Assembly: GCF_004010195.1 (NCBI RefSeq)
Contig: NC_057720.1
Coordinates: 1,930,184 to 1,992,701, forward strand
From: Chiloscyllium plagiosum
Taxonomy: Eukaryota
DNA: 62,518 nt
Reading direction: 5' to 3'
The notes beneath the pieces are model-generated. The model was not told where the DNA came from. It saw nothing but the letters and a program-made list of their open reading frames with translations, and made no database searches. How positions within the stretch are numbered: the stretch's first letter is position 1; every line of letters begins with the position of its first letter. A program made the position numbers and the translations under genes. Below, piece by piece: positions 1 through 13,489 of the stretch.

Positions 1-1380
1 CTCTGTTCAAAAAAGGGAATAGGGATAATCCTGGGAATTACAGGCCAGTTAGTCTTACTTCGGTGGTATGCAAAGTAATGGAAAGGGTACTGAGGGATAG
101 GATTTATGAGTATCTGGAAAGACACTGCTTGATTAGGGACAGCCAGCACGGATTTGTGAAGGGTAGGTCTTGCCTCACAAAACTTATTGAGTTCTTTGAG
201 AAGGTGACCAAGCATGTGGATGAGGGTAGAGCAGTGGATGTAGTGTACATGGATTTTAGTAAGGCATTTGATAAGGTTCCCCATGGTAGGCTTATGCGGA
301 AAGTCAGGAGGCATGGGATAGTGGGAAGTTTGGCCAGTTGGATAGAGAACTGGTTAACCGGTCGAAGTCAGAGAGTGGTGGTCGATGGTAAATATTCAGC
401 CTGGAGCCCAGTTACAAGTGGAGTACCACAGGGATCAATTCTGGGTCCTCTGCTGTTTGTAATTTTTATTAATGACTTGGAGGAGGGAGTCGAAGGGTGG
501 GTCAGTAAATTTGCAGACGATATGAAGATTGGTGGAGTTGTGGATAGTGAGGAGGGCTGTTGTCAGCTGCAAAGGGACTTAGATATGATGCAGAGCTGGG
601 CTGAGGCGTGGCAGATGGAGTTCAACCCTGTCAAGTGTGAGGTTGTCCATTTTGGAAGGACAAATAAGAATGCGGAATACAGGGTTAATGGTAGGGTTCT
701 TAGTGAGGTGGAGAGCAGAGGGATCTTGGGGTCTATGTTCATAGATCTTTGAAAGTTGCCACTCAGTGGATACAGCTTGTAAGAAGGCCTATGGTGTATT
801 AGCGCTCATTAGCAGAGGCATTGAATTCAAGAATCGTGAGGTGATGTTGCAGCTGTATAGGACCTTGGTAAGGCCACATTTGGAGTACTGTGTGCAGTTC
901 TGGTCGCCTCATTTTAGGAAAGATGTGGAAGCTTTGGAGAGGGTGTAGAGGAGATTTACCAGAATGTTGCCTGCAGAATAAGTCGTACGAGGATAGTTTG
1001 AGAGTGCTAGGTCTTTTCTCACTGGAACGGCGAAGGATGAGGGGTGACTTGATAGAGGTTTATAAGATGATCAGGGGAATAGATAGAGTAGACAGTCAGA
1101 GACATTTTCCCGGGATACAATAGAGTGTTACAAGGGGACATAAATTTAAGGTGAAGGGTGAAAGGTATAGGGGGGATGTCAGGGGTAGGTTTTTTACCAG
1201 AGAGTGGTGGGGGCATGGAATGCGCTGCCTGTGGGAGTGGCAGAGTCAAAATCATTGGTGACCTTTAAGCGGCAATTGGATAGGTACATGGATGGGTGCT
1301 TAAGCTAGGACAAATGTTCGGCACAACATCGTGGGCCGAAGGGCTTGTTCTGTGCTGTATTATTCTATGTTCTATGTTCT
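1..1380 (+). mobile_element. CR1 LINE, RT domain to 3' tail (young subfamily, cut by window start)
   Basis: ORF 63-752 has the RT motifs [21 protein letters not shown] and SKFADD; frameshift near 715 and stop at 946-948; ends in a (TTCTATG)n tail. Confidence 0.96.
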
Positions 1381-1416
1381 AAAGACAATGGCTCTGGGTA
1401 CAAATACACATACTTG

Positions 1417-1860
1417 TCAACAACAACTTGCATCCACATAGCACCGTAAATATTATGAAAACATCCCAAGATGCTTCAGAGGAGTGTAGTTAGACAACAT
1501 TTGACACTCAGCCACATACTGATAATTGGCAGAGATGATCAGAAACTGGGTCTAAAAGGTAGGTTTGACAGAGCATCTCAAAGGAGGAGACATGGAGAGA
1601 TGGGAATGTTTAGTGATAGGTTTTCAGAACTTGGGGTCCAGGCAGCAATTAAATTCAGGGAGGTGGGAGAGCGCAGAGGGTTCCGATTAATGGGCTAAAG
1701 GAGACTACAAGGCTAGGGAGGGTGGAGGGGATGGAAGGGATTTCAAAATGAGGATGCAAGTTTAATAAAGTAACGATCGAGGCTATGCAGGTCAGTAAAT
1801 ATGGGAGTCCCACATCTTGGAGTGAGTAAGGATTTGGGCAGAAGAACTTTCAGGGCCAAC
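1417..1860 (-). mobile_element. old L2-like LINE 3' remnant
   Basis: Reverse complement resembles the L2/Deu-SINE type tail (...gatgttttc...gcaagttgttgttg); heavily decayed. Confidence 0.5.
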
Positions 1861-2009
1861 TATTTAAATTACTGCATCAGAAATGGGGATTCTGACATGA
1901 TTAGTAAATCTACCAAGATATCGCACACAGGAAAGAGGAAATGCCAGTCTCTAAAAAAGTTAATCTGAGTTAGTGAAAATTGTACGGTCAGAACAACCCA
2001 GGTGCTGTT

Positions 2010-2570
2010 GGGGTGACCACATCTGGAGCACTGGGAGACACTTGCTCCCCTTATTTAAGGAGAGATATAATTTCATTGCACTCAGTTCAGAGAATGTTCT
2101 TTGGGATGATCCACGGGATAGAGTGATTGTCTTATGAGCAAAAGTTAAACAGGTTGGGACTCTTCTCCCTGGAGTTTAGGAGAATGATAGGTGATCTCAT
2201 TGAAACATCTCAGGTTGTTAAGTGGCTTGACAGAGTCAATGCTGAGAGAGTGTTTCTCCTCATGGGAGAGTCTAGTACCAGAGGGCACAGGCTCAGAATA
2301 AAAGGGCACCAATTAAAGACTGAGATGAGGAAGGATTTCTTCTGTCAGAGGTTATGAGTCTCTGGAACTCCTCGCCACAGGGAGCTGTGGGGGCAGAGTC
2401 CTTGAGTAAATGAGATCGAGAGATTCTTGATTGGTGAGCAAAGCGAGGGTTCTGGGAAAAGACAGTAAAGTGGACATGAGAAATGTCAAACCAGCCGTGA
2501 TCTTATTAAATAATGGAGCAGGCTCAAGGCGCTGAATGGCCTCCTCCTATTCCTATTTCCTACGGTTTTA
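2010..2570 (+). mobile_element. CR1 LINE 3' fragment
   Basis: ORF 2127-2357 encodes the CR1 ORF2 C-terminus (LGLFSLEFRRMIGDLIE...TRGH), followed by the 3' UTR motif gctgaatggcctcctcct. Confidence 0.9.
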
Positions 2571-3026
2571 CTTCAGGCACAGGTAGATTAACATTTCTGC
2601 ATTTATTGTATCAGCTGGAGACAGAGGGAATTTGCTTTTTTACACTGTGAGTTGTGGTAATCTGGAACAGGCTGCCTGAAAGGGCAGTGGAAGCAGATTC
2701 AGCAATAACTTTCAAAGCAGCTACTGAATATATCTTCTTGAAAACTGGAGGAAATGTTTTACAGGATTCTGGGCAAACAGAGGGCATAGGGAATGGACCC
2801 AAACAGAGAGGTCTTTCAAAGGCCCAGAAGGCATTCAATGGGCTGAATGGTCTCCTGCAAGATCAGCCTTACATCAAACTATGAAGAGTAACACAGTCAG
2901 GTGGGTAGCAGCTTGTAATCTGATTTGTTGTGAGCAGATTGTTCTCACAGCTGGAGCTTTCACTCCCTGTGGCGGAATTAATTCGCACCGTGTTATCCAA
3001 TGGCAGCAGACCAAACTGAAATAAGG

Positions 3027-3230
3027 GAGGAGAAAGTGAGGTCTGCAGATGCTGGAGATCAGAGCTGAAAATGTGTTGCTGGAAAAACGCAGCAGGTCAG
3101 GTAGCATCCAGGGAACAGGAGAATCGACGTTTCGGGCATAAGCCTGAAGAAGGGCTTATGCCCGAAACGTCGATTCTCCTGTTCCCTGGATGCTGCCTGA
3201 CCTGCTGCGCTTTTCCAGCAACACATTTTC
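3027..3230. mobile_element. Penelope-derived non-autonomous hairpin element
   Basis: Inverted arms of about 79 bp (3066-3144 and 3153-3231); flanking direct repeat caaactgaaataagg at 3012-3026 and 3230-3244; hammerhead core at 3144-3171. Confidence 0.85.
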
Positions 3231-3339
3231 AAACTGAAATAAGGCCCAATTGTTTGTCATGGAGCCTGATAGGAGTCATACAGGCTTGGATGTCACAGCA
3301 ACAGAAATGGTCAATTTCAAAACCTCCCTTAATTAGACC

Positions 3340-3660
3340 ACACCATATAGCAGCAGAAGTAGGCCATTCGGCCTATCATACTGTTCCACCATCTAATGGC
3401 TGATCTGATCATTCTCAACTCCACTTTCCTGCCTATTCCCCAGAACTCTTGATTCCCTTCCTGGTTAAAAATCTGGCTGTCTCATCTGTGAATATGTTTA
3501 ATGACAGCCTCGACAGCACGCTGTGGGAAAGAATTCCACAGACTCACCCCCCCCCTCAGAGGTGATGAAATGCCTCCTCCACCCTGTCTGAAGTGTGCCA
3601 TTCCTTATTCTGAGATTAGGCCTCTCCTACAAGTACAAATAACATCTCTGCAGGATTCTG
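3340..3660 (-). mobile_element. CR1 3' UTR remnant
   Basis: gtaggccattcggcc...aaagaattccacagactc is the reverse complement of the CR1 3' end. Confidence 0.75.
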
Positions 3661-4337
3661 TGAGATGAAGAAAGCTTGGGAGAGGCTTGTGTCCAGCCCA
3701 GCACCAAGCAGGAGGGCTGAATGGCCTGTTTCTGTGCTGCTATGTGCAATATTTTCTCGATAAAAACTATCTGTTCAGATTAATGAACACAACAGCATGG
3801 ATCAACCATTCAGGTGAGTCAGCTATTTGGAAAGAGAATGCTGTATTATAATTCTGGCAAGAATTTATATCTTAACATCAGTTGTGAAGAAAAATCATTT
3901 CAGACTCAAACCACTGACTCTGTTTCTCCCTCCACAGATGGTGAATTTCTCCAGCATTCTCTATTTCAGATTTTCAGCATCCCCAGTACCTTTATTAGTT
4001 GCTGAAAACTGGTGCCTTTAACCGATAGGTTAGAGATTTTGTAATTTATGAAGCAGTACTCTGTGCCACTTGCAGACAAGTGACAACTACCCAGTGAAAG
4101 AAGGGTGAAGAACGGCAAGTCCTGGCAATCCAATAGGATCATCACAGTGAACCCTGTGCTTAGAGGCCAAAGAACTGCCTTTCCAGCACTTTCCCTTCCA
4201 CTCAGAACACCAATGTTTTTGTATCTGTAGTTTGATGGAGTTTGTCTGCATATATAATATATATATATATGGTTATGGGGAGTTTCTACAAGGGCATGAG
4301 AGTTCTAACTAATAGACTTATATGTTGACAAGTCAAT

Positions 4338-5445
4338 GTGATTTACCTGTATAATCATCTAGAAAGGGGTTTGTTGACAAGGGATAGTCAACACGGCTTT
4401 GTGAAGGGTCAGTTGTGCTTCACAAACTTTATTGAGTTCTTTGAGAAGGTGATCAAACAGCTAGATGAGGGTAAAGCGGTTGATGTGGTGTTTATGGATT
4501 TCAGTAAGGTGTTTGAAAAGGTTCCCCATGGTAGGCTATTGCACAAAATACAGAGGCATGGGATTGAGGGTGATGTAGCGGTTTGGATCAGAAATTAGCT
4601 AGCTGATTGATGGGAAATATTCATCCTGGAGTTCAGTTACTAATGATGTACCTATTTTGGGGCTACTGCTGTGGTCATTTTTATAAATGACCTGGATGAG
4701 GGCGCAGAAGGATGGGTTAGTAAATTTGCGGATGACACTAATGTCGGTAGAGTTGTGGATAGTGCTGAAGGATGTTGCAGGTTGCTGAGGGGCATAGATA
4801 AACTGCTGAGCTGGGCTTTGAGGTAGCAAATAGAGTTCAATACAGAAAAATGTGAGGTGAATCACTTTGGAAGGAGCTACAGAAATGCGGAGTACTGGGC
4901 TAATGGTCAGATTCTTGGTAGTGTAGATGAGCAGAGAGATCTCAGTGTCCATGTACATAGATGCCTGAAAGTTGCCATCCAGGTTGATAGGGTTGTTAAG
5001 AAGGCATACGGTGTGTTACCTTTATTAGTAGAGGATTGAGGATTGAATTTTGGAGCCATTAGGTCATGCTGTAGCTGTACAGAACTCTGGTGCGGCCACA
5101 CTTGGAGTATTGTGTAAGTTCTGGTCAGTGTATTATTGGAAGGATGTGAAAGCTTTGGAAAGGGTTCAGAGGAAATTTACTGGGATGTTGCCTGGTATGG
5201 AGGGAAGGTCTTACGAGGAAAGTCTGAGGGACTTGAGGCTGTTTTCATTAGAGAGAAGAAGGTTGAGAGGTGACTTAATTGAGACATATAAGATAATCAG
5301 AGGGTTAGATAGGGTGGACAGGGAGAGCCTTTTTCCTCGGATGGCGATGGCTAACACAAGGGGACATAGCTTTAAATTGAGGGGTAATAGATATAGGACA
5401 GATGTCAGAGGTAGTTTCTTTACTCAGAGAATAGTAGGGGCATGG
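4338..5445 (+). mobile_element. CR1 LINE fragment, RT to ORF2 C-terminus, no tail
   Basis: ORFs 4338-4598, 4857-5039 and 5050-5466 are CR1 ORF2 pieces. Confidence 0.95.
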
Positions 5446-6722
5446 ATTGTACTGCATCCACATTAAACTCTATTTGTCATCTCTCAGCCCAGCTCTGCAG
5501 CTTATCTCTGTCCCTCTGTAAATTGGAACATCCTTCAGCACTATCCACAACTGCACTCGAACTTAGTATCATCCGCAAATTTACTAACCCATCCTTCTAC
5601 ACCCTCAACTCGGTCATTTATAAAAATGACAAACAGCAGTGGCCCCAAAACAGATCCTTGTGGTACCCCACTAGTAAATGAACTCCAGTATGAGCATTTC
5701 TCATCAACCATCACCCTATGTTTTCTTTCAGCTAGCCAATTTCTGATCCAAACCCAAAAGCACCCTCAATCACACGCCTCTGTATTTTGTGCAATAGCCT
5801 ACCATGGGGAACCTTATCAAATGCCTTACTGAAATCCATATACACCACATCAACCACTTTACCCCCATCCACCTGTTTGGTCATCTTCTCAAAGAACTCA
5901 ATAAGGTTTGTGAGGCACGACTGACTATTCACAAAACTGTGTTGACTATCCCAAGTCAATATATTCCTCTTGAGATGATTATAAATCCTAACTCTTATAA
6001 CTGTTTCCAACACTTTACCCACAACCGAAGTAAGGCTCACTGGTCTATAACTACCAGGGTTGACTCTACTCCCCTTCTTGAACAAGGGGACAACATTTGC
6101 TATCCTCTAGCCTTCTGGCACTATTCCTATGGACAATGACGACAATGAGCCAAAGGTTCTGAAATCTCCTCCTTGGCTTCCCAGAGAGTCCTCAGATAAA
6201 TCTCACCCAGCCCAGGGGACTTACCTATTTTCATACTTTCCAGAATTGCTAACACTTCCTCCTTGTGAACCTCAATCCTGTCTAGTCTAGTAGCCTGGAT
6301 CTCAGTATTCTCCTCGACAACATTGTCTTTTTCCAGTGTGAGTACTGTTGAAAAATATTCATTTAGCGCTTCACCCATCTCCAATGGCCTCCACGCACAA
6401 CATCCCACTACTATCCTTGATTGGCCCTAATCTTTCTCTAGTCATTCTTTTATTCCTGACATACCTATAGAAAGCTTTAGTGTTTTCCTTGATGCTACCT
6501 GCCAACAACTTCTCATGCCCCTTCCTGGCTCTTCTTAGCTCCCTCTTTAGGTCTTTCCTGGCTAACTTGTAACTCTCAAGCTCTCTAACTGAGCCTTCAC
6601 ATCTCTTCCTAACATAATCCTTCTTCTTCCTCTTGACAAGAAACTCAACTTCTCTATTAAACCACGGCTCCCTCAGTCGATCATTTCCTCCCTGTCTGAT
6701 TGGTACATACTTATCAAGGATA
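5446..6722 (-). mobile_element. CR1 LINE fragment (tether and N-terminal RT)
   Basis: Minus ORFs 5732-6085 (FKKG...YRPVSLTS...DFSKAFDKV) and 6127-6408 (KSPG...). Confidence 0.95.
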
Positions 6723-7184
6723 GGAACATTGTTCTTTAGTACTGGGAATAGATGGGTGGAAAGAACAGAATAAAGAAGAGGAACTTGCTTTTAAATGCAA
6801 TTGGGTCAGTGACCAGAAGATATTTAGGAACAGGAGTAGGCCATTCAGCCCATTGTGTCAGCCCTGCCATTCTATAGAATCATGGCTGATTGAATACTTC
6901 AGTGCCTTTTCCTTACCCCATCACCGTTACCATAGTACACCTTTGGCAATGAGAAATCTATCAATTACTATGGTTTCAGATATTAAGCAGAAAGTAGAGG
7001 TGATAAGGAGAATATTAAACACAATGAGTTGTCGTGATCTGCCTGATGTGCAATAATTTTCCAAAGGGAGTTGGGGAAATACTGGGAGGAAGTGTTTGGC
7101 ATAAATGCAGTGCATGTACACTTAACTGCTTGCAAAGATTTAATCAGGTAGGGGAATCTTTGGTTTCTCAACTGTGTTAATCGT

Positions 7185-7325
7185 GATGTGAAGGAGCTGG
7201 TGTTGGACTGGGGTGGATAAAGTCAAAAATCACACAACGCCAGGTTATAGTCCAACAGGTTTATTTGTACTTTCACATAAGGTTGTTGGATGATAACCTG
7301 GTATTGGGTGATTTTTGACAATGTT
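7185..7325. mobile_element. Penelope-derived hairpin remnant (subfamily C)
   Basis: Imperfect inverted arms gtcaaaaatcac...ccaggttatagtccaaca / tgttgga...aacctgg...gtgatttttgac; same family as 15735 and 39568. Confidence 0.7.
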
Positions 7326-7364
7326 AGTGTCACTCTCCAATGACATCATGGGGAAAGAGCAGCA

Positions 7365-9688
7365 GGAAAAGGACTGGCGGGGAGGTTTGCTAGAGCTGCT
7401 CGGGAGGATTTAAACGAGTAAGGTGTGGAGGTGGGGGGTGGGGGGACCCAGGGAGATAATGAGGAAAGAGATCAATCTGAGACTGGTACAGTTGAGAACA
7501 GAAGCGAGTTAAACAGTCAGGGCAGGCAGGGACAAAGCAGAGAACAAGGCAGGACTGATAAATTAAACTGCATTTATTTCAATGCAAGGGGCCTAACGGG
7601 GAAGGCAGATGAACGGAGGATATTCCTGGAAGTACATCCAGGGAGTTATTTGTGTGGAACTGAGAAATAAGAAAGGGATGATCATCTTATTGGGATTGTA
7701 TTATAGACCCCCTAATAGTCAGAGGGAAATTGAGAAATAAACTTGTAAGGAGATCTCAGCTATCTGTAAGAATAATAGGGTGGTTATGGTAGAGGATTTT
7801 AACTTTCCAAACATAGACTGGGACTGCATAGTGTTAAGGGTTTAGACGGAGAGGAATTTGTTAAGTGTGTACCAGAACATTTTCTGATTCAGTATGTGGA
7901 TGTACTATTCGAGAAGGTGCAAAACGTGACGTACTCTTGGGAAATAAGACAGGGCAGGTGATTGAGGTATCAATGGGGGAGCACTTTGGGGCCAGCGACC
8001 ATAATTCTATTTGTTTTAAAATAGTGATGGAAAAGGATAGACCAGATCTAAAAGTTGAAGTTCTAAATTGGAGAAAAGCCAATTTTGACGGTATTAGGCA
8101 AGAACTTTCAAAAGCTGATTGGACGCAGATGTTCGCAGGTAAAGGAATGGCTGGAAAATGGGAAGCTGTCAGAAATGAGATAACGAGAATCCAGAGAAAG
8201 TATATTCCTGTCAGGGTGCAAGGGAAGGCTGATAGGTATAGGGAGTGCTGTATGACTAAAGAAATTGAGGGTTTGGTTAAGAAAAAGAAGGAAGCATATG
8301 TTAGGTATGGACAGGATATATCGAATGAATCCTTACAGTATAAATGCAGTAGGAGTGTACTTAAGAGAGAAATCAGGAGAGCAAAAAGGGGACATGAACT
8401 CTATTTGGAAAATAGAGTTAAGGAGAATCCAAAGGGGTTTTTTGCAAATTCATGAAGGGCAAAAGGATAACTAGGGAGAGAATAGGGCCCCTCAAAGATC
8501 AGCAAGGCAGCCTTTGATGGGAGGCGCACAAAATAGGGGAGATACTAAACAAGAATTTTGCATCAGTATTTACTGTGGAAAAGGACACAGAATATATAGA
8601 ATGTAGGGAAATAAATGGTGACATCTTGAAAAATGCCCTTATTACAGAGGAGGAAGTGCTGGATGTCTTGAAACACATAAAGGTGGACAAATCCCCAGGA
8701 CCTGATCAAGTGTACCCTAGAAATCTGTGGGAGGCTAGAGAGGTGATTGCTGGGCTTCTTGCTGAGATATTTGTATCAACGATAGTCACAGGTAAAGTGC
8801 CAGAACACAGGAGGTTGGCTAATGTGGTGCAACTATTTAAGAAGGGTGGTAAGGACAAGCCAGTGAGCCTGACGTCGGTGGTGGGCAAGTTGTTGGAGAG
8901 AATCCTGAGGTACAGGATGTACATGTGTTTGGAAAGGCAAGGACTGATTAGGGATAGTCAACATGGCTTTGTGCTTGGGAAATCATGTCTCACAAACTAG
9001 ATTGAGTTTTTTGAGGAAGTAACAAAGAGGATTGATGAGGGCAGAGCGGTAGATGTGAATTATATGGACTTCAGTAAGGCGTTCGACAAGATTCCCCATG
9101 GGAGACTGGTTATCAAGGTTAGATCTCACGGAATACAGGGAGAACTAGCCATTTGGATACAGAACTGGCTCAAAGGTAGAAGACAGAGGGTGGTGGTGGA
9201 GGGTTGTTTTTCAGACTGGAGGCCTGTGACCAGTAATTCAGATAAATGCGAGGTGCTGCATTTTGGGAAAGCAAATCTTAGTAGGACTTATACACTTAAT
9301 GGTAAGGTCATAGGGAGTGTTGCTGAACAAAGAGACCTTGGAGTGCAGGTTCATAGCTCCTTGAAAGTGGAGTTGCAGGTAGATAGGATAGTGAAGAAGG
9401 CGTTTGGTATGCTTTCCTTTATTGGTCAGAGTATCTAAGGGGCAACTTTTTCACGCAGAGGGTGGTATGTGTATGGAATGAGCTGCCAGAGGAAGTGATG
9501 GAGGCTGGGTGCAATTGCAACATTTGAAAGGCATTTGGATGGATGTATGAATAGGAAGGGTATGGAGGGATATGGGCCAGGTGCTAGTAGGTGAGACTAG
9601 ATTGGGTTGGAATATCTGGTCGGCATGGACTAGTTGGACTGAAGGATCTGTTTCCATGCTGTACATCTCTGTGACTCTATGACTCTAA
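7365..9688 (+). mobile_element. CR1 LINE, end of ORF1 through EN and RT to tail, with internal deletions
   Basis: APE start CIYFNARGLTGKADE, SDHN motif and RT motifs; jumps near 7615, 9235 and 9437; (TGACTCTA)n tail. Confidence 0.95.
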
Positions 9689-10097
9689 CTGGACCTCTTT
9701 TTCAAAGAGCAGACATGGGCAAGTACAGAGCAGAGTTAACAATTCCATTGCTCAAACACTTGCTGCTGAGCATGGGCATAATGATGTGTGTGACGGTGCC
9801 ATTAAACTTGGGAATGGGGACCCCAGCCTCTGGGTATCTGCACACATCCTATCATACAATCTGTAGATACAGTTAGGGTTAAGGAAGCCTGTTAACATTC
9901 ACTGGATTTTACAAAAGCATGATGGGCCAAATGGCCTTCACCTCTGCTCTATGGGTTCAACTGTTGCTCAAATGATTCACATCAATCAGGGAAGCATGTG
10001 GAACTGTGACTCTTCAACTGTCTAGACCCCACAGGCTGTGCACAGTGCAGCGTCCCCAAAGCAATACCAAGACTAAAAGATGAAGTGGCCATTGTGA

Positions 10098-10220
10098 AGG
10101 AGATACGCCCGAAATGTTGACTCTCCTGCTTCTCAGCTGTTGCCTGACCTGCTGTGCTTTTCCAGCACCACACTTTATCAATTCTGACTCTCCAGTATCT
10201 GCAATCCTCACTTTCCATTG
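10098..10220 (+). mobile_element. Penelope terminal-repeat fragment
   Basis: cccgaaatgttgactctcctgc...tccagtatctgcaatcctcactttc matches the family at 3027. Confidence 0.7.
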
Positions 10221-10331
10221 GACTAAAAGGAGTCAATGATGAGGACAAATTGCAGACAATAGGCTTGTACTCACACATCTATCAAAGATGAACTGGTGGT
10301 TGAACTGAGAAGTTCAAGTTGATTCAATAAA

Positions 10332-10538
10332 TCTGACAGTGCGGCACTCCCTCAGCACTGACCGTCTGACAGTGCGGCACTCCCTCAATACTGACCGTCT
10401 GACAGTGCGGCACTCCCTCAATACTGACCCTCCAACAGTGCAGCACTCCCTCAGTACCATCCCTCCAACAGTGCAGTACTCCCTCAGTATTGACCTTCTG
10501 ACACTGCGGCACTCCCTCAGTACTGATTCTCTGACAGT
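10332..10538 (-). repeat. 33-bp minisatellite, about 6 units
   Basis: Unit ctgacagtgcggcactccctcagtactgaccct with period 33. Confidence 0.97.
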
Positions 10539-11012
10539 TTGTGTTATTTTTCACATTGATGAAAGACTGCAGTAATTTTGTGAAAAGTAAGGAAGATGCT
10601 GGGTGTTTAGAACGTGGATCAGGTTTCAAAGCTGCTGGTTATTGACAGGGAGGCGTAGTCCCAGTCTGGGCCTTCTGCCATCATCTTGAATAAAGTGGCT
10701 CCGGAACTTTCCTCGAGATGTGTTAATGTATTATATAAATGCAAATCTGCCTCTTGCGTTATGCATTAAACAGCCGAGCATGCTGAGGAAAACAATTATT
10801 ATCCCTGTTAATCAACATTAGGAATGCAAATTTGATTCTTTAATTTCTCTGTGGAGTCATAATGAAATTATCTCAATGATCAGGAGGGTAGGGAGCCGAT
10901 ACGGCACTAATGTATTCAATTAACGACATTATTCATTCTCTTCAGAATATCATCTGTACTTTACTTGCCCAGCCTGGCCAGTATTTAATATTGGACAAAC
11001 CCAGCAGTTTTC

Positions 11013-11240
11013 AAACAAGACAAAAACAGAAGTAGCTGGAAAAGCTCAGCAGGCCTGGCAGCATCCGTGAAGTGAAATCAGAGTGAACGCTTTGGATGCA
11101 GTGACCCTTCCTCAGGAAGTGTCACCAGACACAAAATGTTAACTCTGATTTCTCTCCACAGATGCTGTCAGACCTGCTAAGCTTTTCCAGCAACTTCTGT
11201 TTTTGTTTCTGATTTACAGCATCTGCAGTTCCTTCGGTTT
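11013..11240. mobile_element. Penelope-derived hairpin element (subfamily B)
   Basis: Inverted arms aaaaacagaagtagctggaaaagctcagcagg / cctgctaagcttttccagcaacttctgttttt. Confidence 0.8.
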
Positions 11241-11454
11241 TCACTTATAAAATGCAGTCTATCATTCTCTAGGTTAATAAGAATAAGCAAATTCGGGTTA
11301 TAAATATCAGAACAGACAAAGAAACTGGGAGGGAGTTAAATTGGAGAAATCTCCAGGAGCTAATGGATGAGACACTCGGGTTCAAAGGAGAGAGCTGCAG
11401 AGATCGTGGGAGCTCTGCCTCTGACTGACCGACATTCCCCGTGGGGAATGGAAT

Positions 11455-13427
11455 GTTCTCAGAAGATTAGAAATAGGCAAAGTCCCCTGGACCTGATGGG
11501 ATTTATCCTGGGATTCTCTGGGAAGTGAAGGGGAGATTGCAGAGCCTTTGGCTTTGATCTTTATGTCGTCATTGTCTACAGGAATAGTGCCAGAAGACTG
11601 GAGGATAGCAAATGTTGTCCCCTTGTACAAGAAGGGGAGTAGAGACAACCCTGGTAATTATAGACCAATGAGCCTCACTGCAGTTGTGGGTAAAGTGTTG
11701 TAAAAGGCTATAAGAGATAGGATTCATAATCATTGGGAGAGGAATAAGTTGATTAAGGATAGTCAATATAGTTTTGTGAAGAGTAGGTCATGTCTCATAA
11801 ACCTTATTGAGTTCTTTGAGAAGATGACCAAACAGATGGATGAGTGTAAAGCAGTTGATGTGGTGTATATGGATTTCAGTGAGGAGTTTGATAAAGTTCC
11901 CCATGATAGGCATTGCACAAAATACGGAGGCAAGGGATTGAGGGTGATTTAGCGGTTTGGATCAGAAATTGGCGAGCTGAAAGAAGACAGAGGGTGGTGG
12001 TTGATGGGAAATATTCATCCTGAAGTTCATTTACTAGTTGTGTACCACAAGGATCTATTTTGGGGCCACTGCTGTTTGTCATATTTATAAATGACTTGGA
12101 TGAGGGCGTAGAAGGATGGGTTAGTAAATTTACGGATGACACTCAGGTCGGTTAAGTTGTGGGCATTGCCGAAGGATGTTGTAGGCCACAGAGGGACATC
12201 AATAAGCTGCAGAGCTGGGCTGAGAGGTGGCAAATGGAGTTTAATGCAGAAAGGTGTGAGGTGATTCACTTTGGAAGGAATAACAGGAATACAGAGTATT
12301 ATTTACAAATAAGAATGCGGAATACAGGGTTAACGGTAGGGTTCTTAGTGAGGTGGAGGAACAGAGGGATCTTGGGGTCTATGTTCATAGATCTTTGAAA
12401 GTTGCCACTCAAGTGGATAGAGCTCGTAAGAAGGCCTATGGTGTATTAGCGTTCATTAGCAGAGGGATTGAATTCAAGAGTCGTGAAGTGATGTTACAGC
12501 TGTACAGGACTTTGGTTAGGCCACATTTGGAGTACTGTGTGCAGTTCCGGTCGCCTCACTTTAGGAAAGATGTGGAAGCAGCGGCAATTGGATAGGTACA
12601 TGGATGGGTGTTTAAGCTAGGACAAATGTTCGGCACAACATCGTGGGCCGAAGGGCCTGTTCTGTGCTGTATTGTTCTATGTTCTATGTTCTAGTACTGG
12701 GCTAATGGTAAGATTCTTGGTAGTATAGGTGAGCAGAGTGATCTCAGTGTCCATGCATATAAATCCCTGCACATTGCCACCAAGGTTGATAGGGTTGTTA
12801 AGAAGGCATACGATGTGTTAGCTTTTATTGGTAGAGGGATTGAGTTTCAGATCCATGAGGTCATGCTGCAGCTGTACAAAACTCTGGTGTAGCAACAATT
12901 GGAGTATTGCGTCCAGTTCTGGTCACCGCATTATAGGAAGGATGTGAAAGCATTGGAAAGAGTTCAGATGAGGTTTACCAGGATGTTATGGAGGTATGAA
13001 AGGAAAGTCTTATGAGCAAAGCCTGAGGGACTTGAGGCTGTTTTCGTTGGAGAGAAGAAGATTAAGAGAAGACTTAATTGAGGCATATAAGATAATCAGA
13101 GGGTTCGATTGGGTGGACAGTGAGAGGCATTTTCCTTGGATGGTGATGGCTAGCGTGAGGAGACATAACTTTAATTTGAAGTGTGATAGATATAGGACAG
13201 ATGTCAGAGGTAGATTCTTTATTCAGAGAGTAGTAGGGGCGTGGGGTGCACTGTCTGTAACAGTAGTAGACTTGCTAACATTCAGGGCATTTAAATGGTC
13301 ATTGGATAGGCATATCATTGGATGAAATTGAAAGTGTCAGTCAGATGGGCTTCAGATTGGTTCCACAGGTCAATGCAACGTCGAGGGCCGAAGGGCCTGT
13401 ACTGCACTGTAATGTTCTATGTTCTAT
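11455..13427 (+). mobile_element. CR1 LINE (RT to tail) hosting a nested CR1
   Basis: RT motifs at 11600-12300 resume at 12693; tail gttctatgttctat ends at 13427. Confidence 0.95.
12305..12692 (+). mobile_element. nested, internally deleted young CR1
   Basis: Near-identical to parts of 1-1380; has its own (TTCTATG)n tail; internal jump near 12579. Confidence 0.92.
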
Positions 13428-13489
13428 CAGTGCTGGGATCTGGGCTGTGTGTAATTTACATCACTGACTTCGGCAAAGAGACATGAATG

